Source: an uncultured Planctomycetota bacterium
GTDB lineage: Bacteria > Planctomycetota > Planctomycetia > Pirellulales > Lacipirellulaceae
Length of the DNA stretch: 64,000 nucleotides
Direction: 5' to 3'
Assembly: GCA_963719315.1 (NCBI GenBank)
Contig: CAVRBU010000012.1
Location: 52,314 to 116,313 of the forward strand
The notes beneath the pieces are model-generated. The model did no database searches and had not been told where the DNA came from. It saw nothing but the letters and a program-made list of their open reading frames with translations. This document shows, piece after piece, positions 9,537-20,111 of the stretch; positions within the stretch are counted from its first letter, which is position 1, and each line of letters starts with the position of its first letter. The position numbers were made by a program, and so were the translations under genes.

Positions 9537-11114
9537 TTGGCTTATCTTCCGTTGGATTGGATCGTGCCGGCGAGTGCCAAACTTCAACATGAATGGACGC
9601 TCCGCTGGGTGATTACGGCCGGAGTAATCGGCCTGTTTCTGCTCAGTGCTGTCTCGTGCCGCGCGCCGCGCTCGACCTCGGCGCGTCGTGGCGATCCGAA
9701 TTCAGAGCCCTATGGCATCGAACCGTCGCACAGGTGGCGGGAGCGGGAAGTTACTCAGGTCAGTGCGTCGATTCCGGTCGTGCCCAAGGCGGAATTGGTG
9801 AACGATGACCAACTCTGTGCCACCTGCCACGAGTCGTACGTCAAGCATCACCATACGAACATCCATCATCAGCAGTCGTGTGAGTCGTGTCATGGTCCGA
9901 GCAGCGAGCATCTGCGCACGCGAGGTAAGGAGCCCGGCCTGATTCGCAGTTTCAAGAGAATGACGCCGGCGGAAAAAAGCGAAACCTGCTTGCAGTGCCA
10001 CGCGGACGATGGCTGCCAGCCAGGCAAATCATGGAGAATAAGTGCGCACGCCAATGCAGGTGTGTCATGCACCGATTGCCACACCGGCCACTACACGGTA
10101 CCGCCTGGAACCAAATCAACAGATCTTTCTAAAGCCGACAATCGCTACGACGACCAGGTGCAATTGGCGCGCCTGCCATCGGTCAAGGAAGAATCTTTGC
10201 CCGCACCCGACGGAAAAGGCGCCGATGCGCCAATGCCAATGGCGGCCATCGCTGCCGACGATGACGCGTCGATTCGCGACAATTCGCACCACATGGGCGC
10301 GATCACGCCGCACATTTGTTACCGCTGCCACGCCAACATGCGCGAGCAGGAGAAAATCGCCCACCCCCATCAGATCTGTGGAGCGACGCGTCTCGACTGT
10401 ACAACCTGCCACGATCCACACGGCAAAATACGGCCCGAAACCCGCACGGACCTCTGCCTTAAGTGCCACGATATGTCTGCTCCAACAATGGCGTGGCACT
10501 CCTCCACGCATTCCAGATATGGCGTAGCTTGCGCCGATTGCCACAATCCGCATCCCAATTCGCACGTTCAGCTAGTGGTTGACATTCAGCACACTCACAT
10601 TGATCGAAAACCCAGGATGCCAATGTCCGTGGACGAACCGCAAGCATGTTACAAGTGCCATCCGCAGATCTATGCCAAGAATGCGATGCCATCGCACCAT
10701 CCGATCAAGGAAGGCAAAATGGTTTGCTCCGACTGTCACGACCCACACGGACAAACCGAGGACAACCTAAAGGAACCGACCGTCAACATGGTGTGCTACA
10801 AGTGTCACGCGGAAAAACAAGGCCCATTTGCGTATGAGCACCCACCTGTGACGGAGAATTGTGCGATTTGCCACGATCCGCACGGCACGGTGGCTAATAA
10901 TCTGCTCAAGCAGCCGACACCCTTCATTTGCTTACGCTGCCATACTGGGCACCGCAAAGGGCCGGCTGGTCCAAATCATACGCCGCTACTGGGTGATATC
11001 GGCACCAGTCCCGCCTTACAGGCCGCCTTCTACACCGACTGCACTCAATGCCACAGCCAAATACACGGAAGTGACGTGCCAGCGCCACATCTACCTAACG
11101 ACTTCATGAGATAA
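9537..11114 (+). CDS. MtrA/DmsE/PioA-family multiheme cytochrome c with 14 CxxCH motifs, probable lipoprotein
   Basis: 14 motifs counted: CATCH, CESCH, CLQCH, CTDCH, CYRCH, CTTCH, CLKCH, CADCH, CYKCH, CSDCH, CYKCH, CAICH, CLRCH, CTQCH; DmsE-type 'CHAEKQGPFAYEHPPVTENC' and 'CHSQIHGS'; LSAVSC lipobox-like; start uncertain. Confidence 0.88.
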   Translation: MAYLPLDWIVPASAKLQHEWTLRWVITAGVIGLFLLSAVSCRAPRSTSARRGDPNSEPYGIEPSHRWREREVTQVSASIPVVPKAELVNDDQLCATCHESYVKHHHTNIHHQQSCESCHGPSSEHLRTRGKEPGLIRSFKRMTPAEKSETCLQCHADDGCQPGKSWRISAHANAGVSCTDCHTGHYTVPPGTKSTDLSKADNRYDDQVQLARLPSVKEESLPAPDGKGADAPMPMAAIAADDDASIRDNSHHMGAITPHICYRCHANMREQEKIAHPHQICGATRLDCTTCHDPHGKIRPETRTDLCLKCHDMSAPTMAWHSSTHSRYGVACADCHNPHPNSHVQLVVDIQHTHIDRKPRMPMSVDEPQACYKCHPQIYAKNAMPSHHPIKEGKMVCSDCHDPHGQTEDNLKEPTVNMVCYKCHAEKQGPFAYEHPPVTENCAICHDPHGTVANNLLKQPTPFICLRCHTGHRKGPAGPNHTPLLGDIGTSPALQAAFYTDCTQCHSQIHGSDVPAPHLPNDFMR

Positions 11115-11235
11115 ACGCCAGCGGCGACCGACCGGAACACAAACACGTAATTGACCGTCAAGTGACCTGGGATGACCGACGGGCGCAGATTCCCCCGCCT
11201 GCTCCAGTTTCGATCATCCCGTGGGGGCCGGACCG

Positions 11236-13750
11236 ATGTTTCGATACTTGGTAACTTTGGCGGCGGTGGGATTCATCGCGACCGCCGCCACAGGCGGCGA
11301 GGAACCGGGGCGGGTAACTGACCACGCCGATTTTGCGCTTCAAAGTCCTGTGGTCTCGGACACTAGTTTTGCCGCGTCGTTGGTAGGCCAGAACGATGCA
11401 CCGCATGAGCATGCAACTGACGCGGCCGACGATACCGCCGCAGCGGATCTGGCGAGAGTGGCTACGTGCAGCCATGGCACAGAAACAAGTTGTATTCAAC
11501 CAGATCGCCCGTTTCACGCCATCGGAGATTGCGGTTGTCACGTACCTTGCCTAGATCGATGGTGTACGTGGGACGTGTTTCAATGTGACAGTTGCTGGTG
11601 CGTCGACACTCCTTGTGAGTGTGCCCAAGGCAAGAGTCTCCTGACGGAAGACGGCTGCTGGGTTAGCAACGATGCCTGTTGCGACGTTCTGGGGGCCACC
11701 GGCGTATTGTGCCAACGGCGCCTTGCGATTGGGAAATTGGGCCATCGGCAACAGCGGGTCACAACAGAAAACTGGCGAGTGGCAGGACCTGAGTTCGTTT
11801 CCGTTTTGGGATGTCGACACGATCACGAGCGACGGCGTTCGAACGTGGAACATCAACTTATCCGGGCTGGACAGCGAAGCCAATAATGCTCTAGTGCAGT
11901 ACTATGGCCCCGAGGCGACCGCCAAGCTGGACTTTGAGCGCTATATTCACCGGCTCGACCACAAGCCGCTGACGGGGCTGGATCTGCCGATTGGCCAAGT
12001 TCCTCCCGCTAGCCCACCACCACCCGATCAGCAAGGCAATGTCATTACCAACGACCTCAACGTTGGCCAGGACTACGCGATTCGCGTCGAGGAATTAGAT
12101 GCAAAATCTCACGGCAGATTGATGGACAACGTCACGTGGCGGATGAACGTTTGGAGCCAACGCAAATTCGGTGAACGGCAGGCCAACGCGACGGCGCACT
12201 GCTTCGACTTCAACGCGCTGTCGAACCCTCCCGGTCCTGTACCGCCCGGCGCAACTGGGAACGTTTGCCACGTGCTGAGTCAGCGCCAGACCATCGACTG
12301 GAGAACCGTCGAAGTTCAACCGGGTGTGGAAGCAAAATTCGAAAACGTGACCGTAGATTACTCACACACGATACGTAGCTTCGGAGCGGATGACGGAACT
12401 GTTACTCGGGACTACAGCCACTTCAACGGCTTCTCGCCCGACAATTCGACGTTAGGGCCCGACTACGACTATGCACTGGTGCCCGACACCATGACCCAAA
12501 TCGATCGGTTGAAAATCGCGGCAAATTTGTCGGACTGCAATAAGTTTTACGCCAATCTCTACAATGGCGACACGAGAAATGAATTTCGCGACACGCGCCG
12601 CAACTACAACGGGTATGATCTGCGGCTGATCAATGATTCGCTCGATCAAGTAACCATTACCGGCTACGCGAGCAGATACGCGGAAAACACCGACTACCCG
12701 CCGTTCTTCCTGACGTCGCCACCCTATGCGCCGACCCCTACTCCTCCCAATCCCTCGTACGACGAGACTTCGCTGAGCCAGCCCATCGATTACACCAGAA
12801 CGCGAGCCGGCATCAAGGCCAACTGGCAGCCGTTCGGCGATCGAGGCTCGCGACGCACGAACTATGGCCTGTGGGAGGGCACGTCGCTCGCCTCGGGCTA
12901 CGAGTATTATCTGCTCGAACGCGATAACGCCATTTATAACACAACGCCAGTCCCGCCGGGCCCCTTTGCGCAGCCGGATACGGCGACCAATCAGATTGAG
13001 TTCGGGCCCTCCACGCGGTGGTCGCGCAGCTTCGATACGTTTGTCCGATACCGCGTGCAGTTTATCGAAAACCCGCTCATTGGTGTCAGTGAGTACAGCG
13101 ACGAAGACCCAGATATCCAAGGCACGTTCAACAGCAGCCAGCCGCAGCAGGTGCATCTCATTGATGTCGGCTACACGTGGTCGCCATACAGCAATTTCAT
13201 GACAACCGCACAACTTACCATTAACAATAGTTGGCAAGAGTCTCAATACGCCAATTTCAGCGAAAACAACTATCCGATGTCCTTTACCGTTTGGTATGCG
13301 CCGACGGAGCGGTTATCGCTTACCAGCGGCTACGCCTACTTCTCGAATTGGATCGATCAGGACATTACACTCGGGGCTAATCGTGGCATTCCGACCGATA
13401 CGGAAACTACTCGATGGAATTACGCCGGTCAAAACCATCTGTTTTCGATCAATGCCAACTATGCGTGGACGCCCTGTGTTCACCTGCTGGCCGGGTTCGA
13501 GTGGGACCGAGGCACGGATACCTTTCGCGTGCCGGCCTCGCCGAATCCAGGCGTCGATTGGTCGCTACTGCCGTCCCTGTCCAACGTCATCGTGGAAACA
13601 CAGCGCATTACCACGGGCATCGATTGGCAGCCTTACCACGATACTAATGTGTATCTTCGATACCAGTTTTTCGATTATGGAGACATCTCCTCGAATCTCA
13701 ACAGCGGCACGACCCACATGGTGCTAGCCGGGGCGACTCGCACCTGGTAG
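11236..13750 (+). CDS. MtrB/PioB-like outer-membrane beta-barrel with Cys-rich N-terminus (apparent frameshift at G5 run 11691-11695)
   Basis: Signal peptide in ORF 11221-11886; removing one G joins it to ORF 11672-13750; 'GSQQKTGEWQDL' N-motif; alternating aromatic beta-strands; terminal Trp; directly follows the multiheme cytochrome. Confidence 0.75.
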
Positions 13751-14202
13751 ATCGAATACAGACCGGCCGGTATTGTAGTCGTCCAGAACAAGTCCAGCGA
13801 CCGAGTTACACGGCGCCCATTCGAACTCTGCGATTAGAGAAACTTACCAAAATGAGTGCCGGCCGTACTTAAAACAAACGTTAGCGAACAGTTGGGTTTA
13901 GCGGCGGCGGCTAAGCCGCTGCGGTTCCGAGTTGGATCCAACGCCACGAAAAAAGCCTCCGTCCTAGAGTTCCAATCAGCAGCGTAAATTTACCGCTACT
14001 GCGCTAGAGTCGCCAAGTGTCTTCAGCAGTAACTTGGTTCGCGACAAGGCTTTCTTCAGGAATCGTTCCGTTTATCCATCAGTCTGCAGTGCCTGTGGAG
14101 CAATTCCGGGCTCTCGACCTCCTGGTTCTCTAGTGTGACGATATCCGTGGTCATTCTCGAATCCAACGGGAACCACTCAGCCTGCTGATGGGTGTTCTCT
14201 CT

Positions 14203-14430
14203 GTAAGCGCGCCACGAACCGCTCCTTGACTGCCGTGTTAACGTCGGGGTTTCGACAATTTGTGATCCGTGGAGTTGAATCATGTCGAAGGAAAAGCGCG
14301 TGATTTGCGAAGGAAGCCCATTGGCGCAAGGTCGTGTCCGCCCAGCAGCGGAGCGGGCAGACGGTGTGGCAGCACTGCCGAGCCAAATCGGTGTCGGAGT
14401 CGTCATTTTGCTCACAACTCACCCCGCAGC
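14203..14430 (+). mobile_element. IS66-family left end with degenerate TnpA remnant
   Basis: GTAAGCGCGCCACGAACC terminus at 14203; broken frame from 14282 encodes EAHWRKVVSAQQRSGQTVWQHCRAKSVSESSF. Confidence 0.65.
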
Positions 14431-14595
14431 CCGCCGCATCTGGTCACGCTAAACCGCGACCGGCGCCAGATCTCTGGCGGTGCGGTGCGTGGGACGCATG
14501 CAGCTTTCGTTCCAGGCTGACAAAGATTTTGCCCGATTTGAACCTTTCGCAGCCGGCGCGCGACTACATTCATGGCTGCTGAGGAGAACCGAAGC

Positions 14596-14892
14596 ATGCT
14601 TATGAATAAAGACACCATTTTGCAGGAGCTGCTGATTCTGCGGTGTAAACGAGGCGATGAGCGGGCGTTTACCGAATTGATCCACCTCTGGGAAAAGCGC
14701 CTCTTCTTTTACGTCCGCCGATTAGTGGCCACCGAGGAGGATGCGTGGGATGTCCTGAAACAAACGTGGCTGAAGGTATTTCAGGGAATCAAATCGTTGG
14801 TATCCGATGCTGCAAAACGCCTGCGTCGAAAGTTTAGGACGGGTTTTCGCCGATCCAGTTCCCCTATTCTCCAACAACCCCAGCTTCAATAA
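14596..14892 (+). pseudogene. Truncated ECF sigma-70 factor (region 2 only)
   Basis: 'LILRCKRGDERAFTELIHLWEKRLFFYVRRLV..EEDAWDVLKQTWLKVF'; similarity ends near 14800; no region 4. Confidence 0.7.
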
Positions 14893-15059
14893 CCGAAGGG
14901 GCTGTATTTCATCACACCAGTGTCGGTCGTCAATTTCTCTCTCGGAATGCCATTTGCGATCACCAGGCTTGGCAGCGTAAGTGGCCTTGGTCACACTGAT
15001 AATGTGCCAATTGGTCGCGCTCAGTGTGCGAATGCGCTCAAAGGCGGGGCAGGAGTTCT

Positions 15060-15965
15060 ATGATTGCCTTCTCATGTCAGCGATGCGCAACGCGCTTTAA
15101 GGTTCCAGACAGCCTGGCAGGGAAGAAGGCACATTGTAAAAAGTGCGGGCAGAGTTTGCAGGTGCCACAAGCACGCGCTGCCGTGGCGGCGGTAGCCGCC
15201 ACGGGACTTTTCCGGATGGGCACCGTGCAGCCCGACCAAGCGCCGGCGCCGCGCACTCGGCAGACGGAATCTCAACCAGTCGGCCAGCCGGCCGCACCAA
15301 GCCTGCGCCTGGCACCGATTCCGTCGCAGGATGATCTCAAGCCGATCGATCCAAAGCGTGAGCGACTGTGGGAGGAAGACGATGGGGTTGAGTACGAGTT
15401 GGCGAAACCAGTCGAGGTAGCCGCGGCGAACGCAGCTAGCCTGCGGACCCAGCCACGCAGCAGCGTCGTTTGGGGTCGAGGCGGGATCGCCGAAGTGCTA
15501 CTCATCGCGATACGCAAGATTAGCGATTACACGTATCTGGTTTCCATTCCGTTCCTGCTGTTGATGCTGACAGCGATCATTCTGAAACAGCGGGAGTTGG
15601 CAATTACTGCTGGTGTGATCGTCGTCTTGTTGAACTTGGTTCGCCTGTGCATGGATGGATTCGTACTGGTCACCTTGGCATTTAAGCATGGTCCCGTACA
15701 AGGAGTGTTGTTTTTCATTCCACCGTTTACGTTTTATTACCTTAGCAAGCGGGGCAAGGTCATGAAGGAAGCGCTGTCGCGTTTTCTTGGTGGGGCACTG
15801 CCAATTTTCGGCGTCTTGCTGTTGGTCATCCTAGTTCCCTGGCTTCGAGGCGATGAATCAAAGGACGTCGATGCGTCGATCCAAGATCGATTACGAAACG
15901 ATCTTCATGACGTGAGGGAAAACATCAAGACCAGAATTGATGCCCCAACCAATTCAAAGAATTAG
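15060..15965 (+). CDS. Zinc-ribbon (CxxC...CxxC) membrane protein, planctomycete type
   Basis: MIAFSCQRCATRFKVPDSLAGKKAHCKKCG; Pro-rich linker; about 4 TM; AGGAG RBS. Confidence 0.7.
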   Translation: MIAFSCQRCATRFKVPDSLAGKKAHCKKCGQSLQVPQARAAVAAVAATGLFRMGTVQPDQAPAPRTRQTESQPVGQPAAPSLRLAPIPSQDDLKPIDPKRERLWEEDDGVEYELAKPVEVAAANAASLRTQPRSSVVWGRGGIAEVLLIAIRKISDYTYLVSIPFLLLMLTAIILKQRELAITAGVIVVLLNLVRLCMDGFVLVTLAFKHGPVQGVLFFIPPFTFYYLSKRGKVMKEALSRFLGGALPIFGVLLLVILVPWLRGDESKDVDASIQDRLRNDLHDVRENIKTRIDAPTNSKN

Positions 15966-15984
15966 CGACCATTGAGATTCCACG

Positions 15985-17643
15985 ATGTCCCTACCACAAA
16001 AATCTGAGGACGCAGATGCAACTGCTGAAATGCTTGAGTTGGCACCAGACAAAGGCCCACCTAGCGGTGCGGAAGCGGCCCGGCCACAGGTCGAGCTGAT
16101 CGCCGGTAGCCGTCCAAGCCTGACCTCGGCAACTACACCGCTGCTGCACGCTCGGTTACGCACCGTGACGATATTATTGCTGCTGGTATTCGGAATGATC
16201 CTTGTTTGGGCGCTACTCAATGGAAGTTCCGATGCTTCCGGAACGGTGCACATTCTCCGCAAAGTATCGATCGTACGCCTGGTGATCCTCGCAGTCGTCA
16301 TGGCCATTCTCTCCGCACGCCCGATGTACAGTCAGTCGTTCCTGCGGGCGATGGAATACTCTCTTTTCGGCGCACTTACCTTGTTGTGGATCTTCTCCCG
16401 CTACGAATCCGTTCTACTCGGTGCTCACGCGAGCAACGTCACCGAATTGCTGCTGGATGGACGGACATCGATAATAGGATTGTTCCTGCTCATGGTTATT
16501 CACGGGATCTTCATTCCTCATCGTTGGCACGAGACGGCACGTGTAGTGATGACGATGGCGTGCGCCCCAGCTTTAGTGCTGGTCTTCTTCGAAGCACGTC
16601 ATCCCGACCTTGTGTCGCAAGTTTCCGAATTGATGTCATGGCGCTACATTAGTACCAACACTTTAATTGTGTTGGTCGGCGCAGTGCTGGCGACATACGC
16701 CTCGTACGTGCTGAACAGCCTCCGCAAAGAAGTTCATGAAGCAAAGCGTTACGGACAATACCAGCTCGTAAGCAAACTGGGTAGTGGAGGAATGGGTGAC
16801 GTGTTCCTGGCCGAACACATCTTGATGAAGCGACCATGTGCCCTAAAGCTGATTCGCTCCGCGGCGGCCGCGGAACCGAGAGCCCTAGCTAGATTCGAGC
16901 GGGAGGTAAAGGCCACCGCAAGTCTAACCCATCCCCACACTATTGAGATTTACGACTACGGCCACACCGACGACGGCACGTTTTATTATGTAATGGAGTA
17001 CTTGCCAGGGCTCGGTCTCGATCAACTGCTGGCCGAATACGGCCCCTTGCCTCCGGGACGGGTGATCTTCCTCTTGCGACAGGTATGCAGCGCGCTGGCG
17101 GAAGCTCATGCGGCCGGCCTCATTCACCGCGACTTGAAACCAGGCAATCTCTATATTTCCGAACGCGGAGGGCTATGCGACTTTGTCAAAGTTCTCGACT
17201 TCGGCCTAGTCAAGCGGATTCAAGAACCGAGCGCGGCGCGGCTCACGGCCGACCACGTCGTCAGTGGCACACCGCACTACATGGCTCCCGAACAGGCACT
17301 TGGCGCCCAAGAACTCGACGCGCGATCTGATTTGTACGCGCTAGGTGCGATTGCCTATCACATGCTCTGCGGGCAGCCACCGTTTCCGGGGAAGAATCCC
17401 ATGGCAGTGATGATCGCACAAGCCCATGAGGCAGTGCCCCCGATAACCTCTCACCGCACAGATATCCCCGACGACCTCCAGCAGGTGGTGTTACGCTGCT
17501 TGGCAAAGTCGCCGCCCGATCGCTATGCCGACGCCAAAGAACTGGAGCAGGCACTCGCCAACTGCGCTGCCGCAACCGCGTGGGATACTCAAAAAGCTGC
17601 CGTCTGGTGGCACCGTGAGTGCTGCGCAACGAACGAACAATGA
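15985..17643 (+). CDS. Membrane-anchored Hanks-type Ser/Thr protein kinase
   Basis: About 6 N-terminal TM; GSGGMG, ALK, HRDLKPGN, DFG, GTPHYMAPE. Confidence 0.92.
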   Translation: MSLPQKSEDADATAEMLELAPDKGPPSGAEAARPQVELIAGSRPSLTSATTPLLHARLRTVTILLLLVFGMILVWALLNGSSDASGTVHILRKVSIVRLVILAVVMAILSARPMYSQSFLRAMEYSLFGALTLLWIFSRYESVLLGAHASNVTELLLDGRTSIIGLFLLMVIHGIFIPHRWHETARVVMTMACAPALVLVFFEARHPDLVSQVSELMSWRYISTNTLIVLVGAVLATYASYVLNSLRKEVHEAKRYGQYQLVSKLGSGGMGDVFLAEHILMKRPCALKLIRSAAAAEPRALARFEREVKATASLTHPHTIEIYDYGHTDDGTFYYVMEYLPGLGLDQLLAEYGPLPPGRVIFLLRQVCSALAEAHAAGLIHRDLKPGNLYISERGGLCDFVKVLDFGLVKRIQEPSAARLTADHVVSGTPHYMAPEQALGAQELDARSDLYALGAIAYHMLCGQPPFPGKNPMAVMIAQAHEAVPPITSHRTDIPDDLQQVVLRCLAKSPPDRYADAKELEQALANCAAATAWDTQKAAVWWHRECCATNEQ

Positions 17644-17771
17644 CGAAACGGGAGTCGGTCAGGCGGGTTCGACCTGATGGGAGGTTCATATCAAAACGTC
17701 GATTTAACAATTGCGGTTCGTCGATCGAGCCGATTGCTCGTGAGAGGCCGAAGCCCTGGAGGAGCGCTTGC

Positions 17772-18191
17772 ATGCAAATCATTATTCACGTCGTCGTTAC
17801 TGCCATTGCACTATTATTGATAGCAAAGTTGTTGAGAGGATTTGAGGTCGATAACTTTTTCACGGCCCTGGTAACGGCTGTCATCCTTGGGCTGATCTAT
17901 GCGTTCATCGAGCCGTTGACCGAGCAAATCGGCCACATAATTGGCCGGCTTCTGGTCACAACGGCGCTCGCCTATCCTGTGAAACTCACTGTGCTCTTCG
18001 TGTCTACGCTCGCAATCAATGCACTGGTGCTAAAACTTGCCGCGGCGATTAGGCCCGGTTTCCGTATTAGCGACTTCAAGACTGCCATGCTGGCTTCCCT
18101 GCTTCTCGTGCTGTCCAACGGGCTGATCGGCGAAGCGGTCTCCTTTGCAACTGTGTATCTGAGTAATCTGAGCCACGTGCCGCCAAACTGA
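17772..18191 (+). CDS. YvlD-like/phage holin family membrane protein
   Basis: 4 TM; 'GFEVDNFFTALVTAVILGLI', 'INALVLKLAA..PGFRI'. Confidence 0.7.
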   Translation: MQIIIHVVVTAIALLLIAKLLRGFEVDNFFTALVTAVILGLIYAFIEPLTEQIGHIIGRLLVTTALAYPVKLTVLFVSTLAINALVLKLAAAIRPGFRISDFKTAMLASLLLVLSNGLIGEAVSFATVYLSNLSHVPPN

Positions 18192-18334
18192 GCTTCGTTT
18201 GGCAGCAGCGGCTAGAGTTCGGATTGTCGAATGAATTACGCCACGCATTCGCTTGTCACTTTAACTTCGGCCGAAAATGTTCGGTGGGCTTTCTCTAAAC
18301 GCATGGGCCGTAAACTAATCAGTGCGTGAGACTA

Positions 18335-19570
18335 GTGGTCTGTCGTTGTTCAGTAGTTAGGGGATAGCATAACGTCTTCAGGTTTTTCACAGGAGGCGAG
18401 AAAATGAACTACAACACGAAGTATGTGGTGCGGTTGACTGGGGAAGAGCGAGAGGAATTGGCGGCGGTGGTGGGACGAGGCAAGGTGGCGGCGGGCAAGC
18501 GTCGCCGAGCCCAGGTGCTGCTCAAGGCGGACGCCGGCGTCACGGGGTCGGGTCGGACCGACCAGGAGATTTGCGAAGCGTTGGACGTCAGCGTGGGATT
18601 GGTGCATGACGTGCGACAGGCGTACGTCGAGCAGGGCCTGAACGTTGCCTTGGAATGGAAGCCTAAGAGCCGGCATCGCCCTCGAAAGTTGGACGGCCAA
18701 CAGGAGGCCCGCTTGATCGCCGTGGCCTGCGGACCGGCTCCGGAAGGACGCGCCCGCTGGACCTTGCGACTGCTGGCCGACAAGTTGGTCGAACTGGAGA
18801 TCGTCGAGTCGATCAGCAAGGACGCCGTGCGCAGCGCACTGAAAAAAACGAGCTTAAGCCCTGGTTGAAAGAGCAGTGGGTTCTGCCTAAGCCGCATGAC
18901 GCGGACTATGTTGCCGCGATGGAAGACGTTCTGGAGGTCTATCAGCGTCCCTACGACGAGCAACGGCCAGTCGTGTGCGTCGACGAAGCCACCAAGCAAT
19001 TGGTGGCCGACGTCACGCCGCCGCTGCCGATGGAGCCGGGGCAGCCGGCGCGACAGGATTACGAATACGAACGGCGGGGAACAGCGAATCTGTTCATGGT
19101 CTGCGAACCTTTGGCGGGCCGCCGCCGGGTGAAGGTCACCGAACGTCGCGCGAAGGCGGATTTCGCCGACCTGCTGCGCAACATCGCCGACGAGCAGTAC
19201 CCGACGGCGGAGAAGATCGTGCTGGTCATGGACAACCTGAATACGCACAAGCTGTCCGTGCTGTACGCGATCTTCCCGCCTGACGAGGCGCGACGGTTGT
19301 GGGAGCGGTTTGAAGTGCATCACACCCCCAAGCACGCCAGTTGGCTGAACATGGCGGAATGTGAATTGTCCGTGCTGGGAAGGCAGTGCCTGGACCAACG
19401 GATCGATTCCCGAGCCCGCCTGGAGAGCGAAGTTCACGCATGGGAACAACCCCCCCCGCAACCAACAACCAGTCCGCGTCGACTGGCAATTCACCGCCGC
19501 CGATGCCAGGATCAAGATTAAACGACTTTATCCCGTACTAGCACCCGTCAACTAAATCGAGACAGACCAC
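18335..19570 (+). mobile_element. IS630-family insertion sequence
   Basis: Ends CTAGTGGTCTGTC (18332) and GACAGACCACTAG (19573) including duplicated TA. Confidence 0.92.
18404..19555 (+). CDS. IS630 transposase (orfA/orfB joined by -1 frameshift at A7 18842-18848; extra shift at C-run near 19450)
   Basis: HTH orfA 'RWTLRLLA'; DDE 'VCVDE', 'VMDNLNTH', 'SWLNMAECE'; C-terminus 'VDWQFTAADARIKIKRLYP' in another frame. Confidence 0.88.
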
Positions 19571-19633
19571 TAGGCGAAAAACGACCGTTGCGAGACCGGA
19601 CGCGTTGTATTCAAATTCACAGAGGTGCGTCGA

Positions 19634-19860
19634 TGACAAGAAGCCGAAAGGAGCTTCGCCACGCCAGAACGACCCCCCCTGGCCCCGATCTTCGGCAGCG
19701 GCTTCCTCGTGATCGTGCCAATTCTGGGTGCCACCGTCGGGCCTTACTCCGTGGTCGTCGCGAACTTAAGACCGTGTGGTTGGTGGTACGCTTACTTCTC
19801 TCTGTTTCGGCGACCTGGGGCGGTAGGCGAACGACTATCGCCGAGGATCTACCAGAATTA
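19634..19860 (+). pseudogene. N-terminal fragment of an APC-like permease
   Basis: Short frame encodes PLAPIFGSGFLVIVPILGATVGPYS, then degenerates. Confidence 0.4.
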
Positions 19861-19861
19861 C

Positions 19862-20083
19862 TTACAGCGCACCCCGTTGGCGCAAATCGCGAAGTACCTG
19901 GACCGCAAAAAACATCATGCCAACTAGCAGTAGTGGAACTCCCAACAGTATCCCTATGCCAAACGTCCACGGGGAGAATCCGCGTGACAAGTAGACTAGA
20001 ATGCATCCTAGGCCGGCAATTGCAAACAAGACTGCTAGCCGCATTAGCAGCCGCGATTCGGGATGTTTTTGGGTATCAGACAT
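19862..20083 (-). CDS. Small 2-TM membrane protein
   Basis: GGAG RBS, two hydrophobic helices, 'RDLRQRGAL' tail. Confidence 0.55.
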   Translation of the reverse strand: MSDTQKHPESRLLMRLAVLFAIAGLGCILVYLSRGFSPWTFGIGILLGVPLLLVGMMFFAVQVLRDLRQRGAL

Positions 20084-20111
20084 GAATTGCTACTCTCCAC
20101 TCAGCGACTTA

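Noticed and set aside
17772..18191. Prophage suggested by the holin-family gene
   Set aside because: No other phage genes; this family is commonly chromosomal
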